DNA of 64,000 nt from Bacteroidales bacterium (lineage in GTDB: Bacteria; Bacteroidota; Bacteroidia; Bacteroidales; WCHB1-69). Position 1 is the first letter of the stretch, and the number at the start of each line of letters is the position of its first letter. Shown here in pieces: positions 58,164 to 64,000 of this stretch. The position numbers were made by a program, and so were the translations under genes. The DNA is taken from positions 10,247 to 74,246 of the forward strand of contig JBLJBB010000006.1 in assembly GCA_047638115.1 (NCBI GenBank), in the 5' to 3' direction. Below the pieces are notes generated by a model that saw only the letters and a list, made by a program, of their open reading frames with translations, searched no databases and was not told the origin of the DNA.

Positions 58164-58197
58164 ATCCCTGTTACGTAAGTTTCAGGGATTTTTTTTT
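58164..58197 (+). terminator. rho-independent terminator directly after rpsE
   Basis: Stem TCCCTG/CAGGGA with internal palindrome TTACGTAA, followed by T9. Confidence 0.7.
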
Positions 58198-58207
58198 CTC
58201 TTAACTC

Positions 58208-58242
58208 TTCATTATTCATTATTCACTATTCACTATTCACTA
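58208..58242. repeat. tandem heptamer array (TTCAYTA)x5
   Basis: TTCATTA x2, TTCACTA x3. Same word as 12181-12236. Confidence 0.9.
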
Positions 58243-58247
58243 GTTTT

Positions 58248-58368
58248 GGGCATTCCCCCTCGCTTCGCTCGGGGTCGGGCTTGTTCCGGGGTTCGCTTCG
58301 CTCCCGTACTCCATTCCGCTTCGCTCCATTTCGTACCGGCTTCGCCGCCCTCCACATCCCTAATGCGC
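58248..58368. other. GC-rich ~120-nt element with three exact GCTTCGCTC copies, bracketed by two terminator hairpins; possible small RNA or GC-rich repeat
   Basis: My manual count gives 79 G+C in 121 nt. GCTTCGCTC at 58262, 58295 and 58318; GCTTCGCC at 58339. Confidence 0.5.
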
Positions 58369-58389
58369 AAAACCGCAAGCGGTTTTTTT
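58369..58389 (+). terminator. second terminator-like hairpin closing the GC-rich element
   Basis: AAAACCG-CAAG-CGGTTTT followed by a T-run. Confidence 0.55.
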
Positions 58390-58650
58390 GGTTTTAGGAC
58401 TTAGGTTTTGGTTTTTAGTTCAAATGCCATGTACTTTAGTGCATGGCAATTAGTAAAAATAACTTTTACCACAAAGATCACAAAGTTTTAACAAAGGAAC
58501 ACAGAGTGGTTTAGTCGTAATTATCTAACTTATTTGCCAGTAAATAAGTTAGTTGCATATTCCCTTCCATTGGAGGGGGTGGCAGGTAGGCCGGGGTGGT
58601 TTTTACTTTACCGCAAAGGACGTTAAGATTTTCGCAAAGTTCGCAAAGAT
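58390..58650. repeat. mosaic intergenic repeat element (copy 4, degenerate)
   Basis: GGTTTTAGG..GGTTTTTAG, hairpin module ATGCCATGTACTTTAGTGCATGGCAAT, ACCACAAAG/CACAGAG words, ACCGCAAAGG..TTCGCAAAGTTCGCAAAG. Also an 11-bp perfect hairpin at 58525-58552. Confidence 0.8.
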
Positions 58651-58700
58651 TTTGTTTGAAATATTTCTTTTAAAAAATCAGATAGTTTCACAGTTAATAG

Positions 58701-58708
58701 TATATTTG
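58701..58708 (+). promoter_or_regulatory. -7 box TATATTTG at the head of the toxin/immunity island
   Basis: TAnnTTTG. First downstream ATG is 58784. Confidence 0.35.
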
Positions 58709-58810
58709 CACTCAAATAATAGAAAAAAACCTGTCCGAAAAACAAGTGAATAAACCAAGTAAATCCTATATATCCATACAAAATGAAAATAGTTAAATTA
58801 ATGCCGGACT

Positions 58811-59134
58811 ATGGCTTTATGGTACTATGATGATTCAAATTGTTTTATTGATAATCTTCCTTTAGATTCTGATATAATAAATATTTCGGATTCATTAATT
58901 GAAAGGCTAAATAAATGGAGTATTGATTATAATCATACCTTAAATCAAGAGTATCCTCCTGACTCAGGATTTAAAACAGAAAAAGATCTAAAAAAATTTT
59001 TAATTGAAGGATTAAGCTTATGGGATGCATTAATAACTGAATTACCTAGTTTTAAAATTATATATTTTTCTGTTGAAAATTATGAATTATATGAAGATAT
59101 TAATGATTATGAATCAAAATTATTAGCTAAATGA
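58811..59134 (+). CDS. small acidic hypothetical protein, candidate orphan immunity protein (possibly frameshifted; alternative reading starts at ATG 58784)
   Basis: 107-aa ORF directly upstream of the first Rhs C-terminal module. First ATG after the TATATTTG box (58701-58708) is 58784, in another frame (MKIVKLMPDYGFMVL*). Removing one T from the TTT at 58816-58818 fuses the two as MKIVKLMPDYGLWYYDD... Confidence 0.45.
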   Translation: MALWYYDDSNCFIDNLPLDSDIINISDSLIERLNKWSIDYNHTLNQEYPPDSGFKTEKDLKKFLIEGLSLWDALITELPSFKIIYFSVENYELYEDINDYESKLLAK

Positions 59135-59160
59135 AGTAATTAATTTTACATTAATTTATA

Positions 59161-59400
59161 TCAATCCCAACCACATGAACCTTAACGGATTACATAGAGA
59201 ACCCACTACTTACGAGCGCCCCATTTACGGCAGTTCCCGTTTGGGGATTATGAACAAAGCGGTCAAAAGTCCGAAGTCTGCAGTCTGTAGTCTGTCGTCT
59301 TTTCCCTTCTCTCGCACCGACTACTACCCCTTTGGCTATCCCATTGCCTCACGGAGTTACAACAGCGGGTATCGGTATGGGTTTAATGGACAGGAAAAGG
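59161..59400 (+). repeat. Rhs-core handle, direct repeat copy 1
   Basis: Aligns by eye with 60972-61214 at high identity apart from a divergent patch (about 59352-59375 versus 61163-61189). Homology starts 14 nt before the ATG. Confidence 0.9.
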
Positions 59401-60272
59401 ACAATGAAGTGTATGGGGATGGAAAGAGCTATACTGCTGAGTTTTGGCAATATGATAGTAGGTTGGGGAGGAGGTGGAATGTGGATCCTAAACCTAACAT
59501 ATCTTTGAGTCCTTATTCTTGTTTTGCGAATAATCCTATAGTATATTGTGATTTAAAAGGAGATACTATTATAAATGGATTAGCAAATATACTTGATAAA
59601 TCTGTAGAAAATTTAATACAAAAACAAGTTATATATAATAATTTAATAAATAACCATATTGGAAAATTAAAAAAATCTGATATAAGAAAATATCGAAGAG
59701 AAAGTGGTTTAAAAGACGCTGAAAGTACATACAATAATCTATCATCAAAAAAACGTACTGTAGATAGGATGATATATACGTACTCAATTGTAAATCCAGA
59801 AGATTATATATATTTAAATAGTTTACAAACAAATATTATTATTAATATGAAAGAAGGGGTATCTGAATCTGGAGAATATAATTTTATGTCTATATATATC
59901 CCTGCAATTTCAGAAAGAATTATTGAGAGTACTACTAATGAAGTAACTAAATATTGGATTGGTAATTTTGACGGTGATATTATAATTTCAATATGGGATG
60001 GTGCAATATATCCATACAATACATGTTATTTAGCAAATGAATTTGGAGATGTTTTATATTTTTATTCAAATGTTATTCCCAACGATCCAACTAGCTTTCA
60101 AAAATGGCAAACAACAGGAAATTCAAAATATACGGGATATTGGAGTGACCCTTCTGGAGCGGGACAACAATCATTTAAACATCAATATGAATTCAAGGAT
60201 AAATTCAACTCTATAAAATATAGATACCCTGAAAGAAAAGTTGATACATATAATTATATAATTAAACCGTAA
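59175..60272 (+). CDS. orphan Rhs repeat-associated core fragment fused to an unrecognised C-terminal toxin domain (CT1)
   Basis: Rhs core end: IYGSSRLG, DYYPFGY, YRYGFNGQEKDNE, YDSRLGRRWNVDP, ANNPIVYCDLKGD. A ~235 aa very AT-rich variable domain follows (from ~59565). No YD-repeat body upstream. Confidence 0.8.
   Translation: MNLNGLHREPTTYERPIYGSSRLGIMNKAVKSPKSAVCSLSSFPFSRTDYYPFGYPIASRSYNSGYRYGFNGQEKDNEVYGDGKSYTAEFWQYDSRLGRRWNVDPKPNISLSPYSCFANNPIVYCDLKGDTIINGLANILDKSVENLIQKQVIYNNLINNHIGKLKKSDIRKYRRESGLKDAESTYNNLSSKKRTVDRMIYTYSIVNPEDYIYLNSLQTNIIINMKEGVSESGEYNFMSIYIPAISERIIESTTNEVTKYWIGNFDGDIIISIWDGAIYPYNTCYLANEFGDVLYFYSNVIPNDPTSFQKWQTTGNSKYTGYWSDPSGAGQQSFKHQYEFKDKFNSIKYRYPERKVDTYNYIIKP
59268..59295 (+). 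repeat. in-ORF heptamer tract AGTCCGA AGTCTGC AGTCTGT AGTCTGT
   Basis: 59275-59295 is the reverse complement of 12149-12169 with one mismatch (20/21). Encodes KSPKSAVCSL. Confidence 0.9.
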
Positions 60273-60273
60273 A

Positions 60274-60927
60274 ATGAAAAAAAAACTTATACTGATATTA
60301 TTTATTTGCAGCTATTTAATCAATTTTTCTCAAAATGAGATTCAAAAAATCATTTATGATGATTTGCTTCTGATGAATCAATTTTATAATCAATGTATAT
60401 TTTTAAAAGATCAAAGAATAAAAATAATTTTTGAAAAAGATACTCTTGTTATAAATGAAACAATATATAACATAGCAACACATCCAGAAGATGTAGTTTC
60501 TATTGTAAAAATTGATTCCTCGAATAGACCATGGTATTTTATTGAAGTTAATTTTTTTTTGAATTGTAACTTCGAATTTTTTGATTTGTTCAATAATACC
60601 TTTCAATATGTTTTTTATAAAAAAACTGAAAATCAGAAAATCTATAAAATAAATGGATTTTTTATTTCAGAATATTTAACAATTCGAGATGTTTTGTGGA
60701 ATGAAAATCCATACTTCAATCAAAAAAGAATATTGAAATTATATCGCAAAAATGATTATGATAAAATTGAAAAATTGTTTACAGTCTCTGTATTAAAGGA
60801 AATATATAATAAAAAAAATAGACTGAGATATAAAGGAGAATCATTAAAACATCATTCATCCTTAAGAAAAGGGTATGAAAAAATTAAATATACTCCATAT
60901 ATGATTAGACCTATATGTGATTTTTAA
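60274..60927 (+). CDS. candidate immunity protein for CT1 (signal-peptide protein)
   Basis: Starts 1 nt after the CT1 stop. N-terminal signal peptide MKKKLILILFICSYLINFSQ. Very AT-rich like CT1. Confidence 0.55.
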   Translation: MKKKLILILFICSYLINFSQNEIQKIIYDDLLLMNQFYNQCIFLKDQRIKIIFEKDTLVINETIYNIATHPEDVVSIVKIDSSNRPWYFIEVNFFLNCNFEFFDLFNNTFQYVFYKKTENQKIYKINGFFISEYLTIRDVLWNENPYFNQKRILKLYRKNDYDKIEKLFTVSVLKEIYNKKNRLRYKGESLKHHSSLRKGYEKIKYTPYMIRPICDF

Positions 60928-60971
60928 ATATAATTAATTGGTTTTCCCAATTTAATTCATATCTTTGCTCC

Positions 60972-61214
60972 TCAATCTCAACCACATGAACCTTAACGTA
61001 TTACATAGAATCCTCACCACCCAAGAGCGCCCCATTTATGGCAGTTCCCGTTTGGGGATCATGAACAAGGCGGTCAAAAGTCCGAAGTCTGCGGTCTGCA
61101 GTCTGTCGTCTTTTCCCCTCTCTCGCACCGACTACTACCCCTTTGGCTACCCCATTGCCTCACGTTCGTTTAGTCTTGAGCAATATCGGTATGGGTTTAA
61201 TGGACAGGAAGGGG
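60972..61214 (+). repeat. Rhs-core handle, direct repeat copy 2
   Basis: See 59161-59400. Confidence 0.9.
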
Positions 61215-62149
61215 ATGATGAAATTTATGGAGATAAATTAAACTACGCTTTCCAATACCGAATGTATGATGCAAGAATAGGACGTTTTTGGAGCGTGGAT
61301 CCGCTGAGGAGTGATTACCCTTGGAACAGTACGTATGCTTTTGCGGAGAATTCACCTATTGCATTTTTGGAATTAGAGGGTTTGGAAAAGGCAACACCTG
61401 AAGAAAAAGCAAATGCAAGACAAATGGTAACAGATTTTGCTAATAATAAAAACTCTTCAACTGTTTGGAAAAACATAAGTAAAGAAGATTTTGTAGTTTC
61501 TCTGAATAATATTTTAAACAATTCCGAAAGTATAGATCAAAGTTCAACTAACTTATGTGGTGTTGCAGTTGCGTGTAAAGCTATGGTTGATTATAATCCT
61601 GAAGCTTTTACTAAAATGGCACTATCAATTTATCAAACTGGTAAGTATGGTGATTATTCTGCAAATCCAGAATTGTTAAATAGCGGAATGTCTAATGGCT
61701 TAGATGCCGCTAATTATGTAGTAATGACAACTTTGAGAAATTCATTAAATAAATATTTAAATTTTAATCCTAAAAATGATCTTGGGTTATCTGGTTTAAC
61801 AATGCCTTTGGATGTGGACAAAATTTTGAACAATATTGCAGATATGAAAAAAATGACCAATACAGATTGGCCTTCAAAACCAGCAAACTCTAGTTCATTT
61901 ATTACTGGAATAAATAAAGCAATCACGAATGGACATATTGTTATACTTGCAATTAATTATGACCAATTTGCAGGAAATTCATCATGGAGTTTAATTCCTG
62001 ATCACTACATTCAAATCACTGGAATATCTTATAATTCTGATGGAACAATTAATATTAATTGGTGGTCTTGGGGGGAACAACAAATACCATTTAAATCAAC
62101 AAAAGATAATTTTTTTAATTCTACATATTTTTATGGATCATTCAAATAA
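60986..62149 (+). CDS. orphan Rhs repeat-associated core fragment fused to a papain-fold-like cysteine peptidase toxin domain (CT2)
   Basis: Same handle as 59175 (MNLN.LHR..TT.ERPIYGSSRLGIMNKAVKSPKSAVCSLSSFP.SRTDYYPFGYPIASRS). YRYGFNGQEGDDE, YDARIGRFWSVDP, ENSPIAFLELEGL. CT from ~61382 has Cys in STNLCGVAVACK (TGT 61556-61558) and His in PDHYIQITG (CAC 62003-62005), resembling C39/papain-type Cys-His peptidases. ATG 60986 preferred to TTG 60965. Confidence 0.8.
   Translation: MNLNVLHRILTTQERPIYGSSRLGIMNKAVKSPKSAVCSLSSFPLSRTDYYPFGYPIASRSFSLEQYRYGFNGQEGDDEIYGDKLNYAFQYRMYDARIGRFWSVDPLRSDYPWNSTYAFAENSPIAFLELEGLEKATPEEKANARQMVTDFANNKNSSTVWKNISKEDFVVSLNNILNNSESIDQSSTNLCGVAVACKAMVDYNPEAFTKMALSIYQTGKYGDYSANPELLNSGMSNGLDAANYVVMTTLRNSLNKYLNFNPKNDLGLSGLTMPLDVDKILNNIADMKKMTNTDWPSKPANSSSFITGINKAITNGHIVILAINYDQFAGNSSWSLIPDHYIQITGISYNSDGTININWWSWGEQQIPFKSTKDNFFNSTYFYGSFK
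61079..61106 (+). repeat. in-ORF heptamer tract AGTCCGA AGTCTGC GGTCTGC AGTCTGT
   Basis: Same position in the second Rhs handle, also four units. Confidence 0.9.
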
Positions 62150-62765
62150 AATTAGAAACATTTTTATATTTATTACAACTTTATTTTTATTAATAATTCT
62201 TAGTTATTTTACTCTTTTTAAACGAAGAAATGATTATTATGTAATTAAAGATGTAAAAATTAGTTTTGTTGAAAAATCATTTGATAGTATTAATGATTTT
62301 TCATTAATTAAACAAAAAAATGGAAATACTAAGAATTCATTAGGATTATGTGTTATTTTTTCGAAAAAATATATTTCAGATAAAAAAGAAAAACGATTTT
62401 TAAGATTTTCAAAAACTGAGCCAGGAGTTTTGGGAATAAAATCTAAAATACAATTGTTTGATGTCTATCTAAAAATAAATAATGACTCCACTCTATTAAA
62501 TAAATATTTGAAAACCAGTAAAATTTATTTTATTGATAAAAAACAAGGATCTGCAATTACTAATTTGAACAATAATGAAGTAACTTTAACTAAGTTTATA
62601 AATGATTTGAAATCTAATGAAAAATATACTAGAGGGTTAAGTTTTGATAATACAAAAATATATTTCTGGTTTTCTGATGAAATCGATCTTGCAGTCTTAA
62701 AACAAAACCAAATCATTGTTGAATATGAAATTGATAATAAAAAAACATATAAACAAATAAAATAA
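62133..62765 (+). CDS. candidate immunity protein for CT2 (N-terminal membrane anchor)
   Basis: ATG 62133 (MDHSNKIRNIFIFITTLFLLIILSYFTLF) overlaps the CT2 stop by 17 nt. Single N-terminal TM helix. The track start 62040 lies inside CT2. Confidence 0.55.
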   Translation: MDHSNKIRNIFIFITTLFLLIILSYFTLFKRRNDYYVIKDVKISFVEKSFDSINDFSLIKQKNGNTKNSLGLCVIFSKKYISDKKEKRFLRFSKTEPGVLGIKSKIQLFDVYLKINNDSTLLNKYLKTSKIYFIDKKQGSAITNLNNNEVTLTKFINDLKSNEKYTRGLSFDNTKIYFWFSDEIDLAVLKQNQIIVEYEIDNKKTYKQIK

Positions 62766-62781
62766 AACAATTTGCAATTGA

Positions 62782-64000
62782 GGAATTTCAGATGAATTAG
62801 AAATAACATGGACAACAAATGAATTTTTATATACATTATATTACTACGATCAAGCAGATAACTTAATTAAAACAATTCCACCAGAAGGAGTACATGTAAT
62901 AACAAATTCGGATGATTTAGAAGATATTATACAATATAGAAAGAACATTGCACGTTATGATACGATACAACCTGGTTTTATTTGGCCTCGACATACCATG
63001 GCAACTAATTATAGATATAATTCACTCAATCAGATCGTTGGAAGTTACCATCCCGATCATGATAGTACAGCTTTGGTGATGTACGATATTCTCTCGCGAC
63101 CGGTGATTAGCCAAAATGGAAAACAAAAAACGATGGGTAATTTTTATTCCTACACCCTTTTTGACCCCATAGGAAGAATTATTCAAGTGGGACAATTAGA
63201 TGGTGGTGCTTCTGCTATTACTCCGGAAATGGTGAAAGATGCTACAACATTATCAAATTACATTAACTCCAGTTCTAGAATGGAAGTTACCAAAACCTAT
63301 TACGATCGGTTTATTTTTTACACCTCTTCCCAAGTTAATTTAAGAAACAGAATTGCTGATATTACTTACTCCGATTATTACACCACCGATCCTTTGGATT
63401 ACCAATCTGCCTCCCATTTCAGTTATGATATTCATGGAAATGTTAAAAATTTACAACAAGAAATTAAGGAACTTAGTTATTTGAGTGGTGGTTTGTTTTC
63501 ATTGGATTATGAATATGACCTAATCAGTGGAAATGTAAACAAGGTTTATTATCAAAAAGGAAAACCTGAACAATTTACTCATAGGTACCGATACGATGCC
63601 GATAATAGATTAACTCATGTTTATACTTCTGATTATGTTGGAGATTATAATCAGATTACTGAACGTATTGATGCCAGGTATTTCTATTTACCTCACGGTT
63701 CATTAGCGAGAATGGAATTAGGGAAAAAATCCATACAAGGATTAGATTATGCATACACCCTACAAGGTTGGTTAAAAGATATTAATGGTTATCGTGTAGA
63801 TATTAATTCTACTGGTGTATATGATATTGGCGAAGACGGTAGTAATACAAATTATGTAAATAAACGTTTTGGTAGGGATTTGTTTAGTTCAATGATACAG
63901 TACTATCAAACTGATTATAGCCCAATTAGTGGTAACAATTACTTTAATTTGGTTTCAACGAATAGTATTGACCTGTATAATGGAAATATATCAGCTATCT
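62782..64000 (+). CDS. Rhs/YD-repeat protein body with no start codon at its 5-prime boundary (likely 5-prime-truncated); continues beyond the window
   Basis: Not in the ORF track. I translated the frame (positions congruent to 1 mod 3) by hand from the TGA at 62779-62781 to nt 63999 with no stop. YD-repeat signatures: YYYDQADNLIKTI, YRYNSLNQIV, YTLFDPIGRII, YEYDLISGNVNKVYY, YRYDADNRLTHVY, LDYAYTLQGWLKDING, DLYNGNIS. First in-frame ATG is only at 62998. Confidence 0.85.

Noticed and set aside
58248-58368. GC-rich element as a tRNA, rRNA fragment, tmRNA, RNase P, SRP RNA or riboswitch.
   Set aside because: It has no cloverleaf and no T-loop GTTCRANNC in proper context, and none of the conserved boxes of those RNAs that I know. 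It is kept as an unexplained element rather than a named ncRNA.
58553-58753. 66-aa ORF (MHIPFHWRGWQVGRGGFYF...) in the repeat region after rpsE.
   Set aside because: It is composed of translated mosaic-repeat modules (CGCAAAG words and a G-rich patch). The predicted -7 box lies inside it.
59513-62836. Multiple minus-strand ORFs of 60-103 aa inside the CT and immunity genes.
   Set aside because: These genes are extremely AT-rich, which gives long open antisense frames by chance. The plus-strand genes have handles, signal peptides and tight start/stop coupling.
1-64000. Search for transposase, integrase, phage or conjugation genes that would define a classical mobile element or prophage.
   Set aside because: None of the ORFs of 60 aa or more shows DDE, tyrosine- or serine-recombinase, terminase, capsid or relaxase motifs that I can recognise. 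The accessory regions are bounded by repeats, not by recombinase genes.

Overview
Low-GC chromosomal segment, almost certainly from a Bacteroidota genome. It carries gldJ, porP/sprF, porU, porV and a T9SS C-terminal-domain cargo protein, and many genes are preceded by the Bacteroidetes-type TAnnTTTG -7 box. Most of the window is housekeeping: cysS, glnS, murF, ispF, gmk, nadD, arcC, the peptidases PepO/Dcp/DPP-IV/M20, msrB-msrA, and a 13-gene ribosomal protein block rplV..rpsE. I found no rRNA, tRNA, CRISPR array, transposase, integrase or phage genes. Four things are not ordinary. (1) The ribosomal S10/spc cluster is cut on both sides: nothing from rpsJ to rpsS precedes rplV, and nothing from rpmD, rplO or secY follows rpsE. 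(2) Directly after rpsE lies a polymorphic-toxin island. It holds an orphan immunity-like gene, two orphan Rhs C-terminal toxin modules each with an immunity-like gene, and a 5-prime-truncated Rhs/YD-repeat body that runs off the window. (3) A dispersed family of short-period tandem arrays (7-mers GACTACR, TTCACTM, CCCTTYG; 8-mer ATTAGCTY; ATAC) and mosaic intergenic modules occurs across the window. Several arrays run exactly into stop codons. One has 11 CCC runs each separated by 4 nt, upstream of msrB-msrA. One heptamer word is embedded inside the conserved recombination handle of both Rhs orphan toxins. (4) A small accessory cassette at 40.3-42.6 kb and a Fic/wHTH gene are both bordered by these repeats. 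All functional calls come from reading motifs in the translated ORFs. No database search was run.
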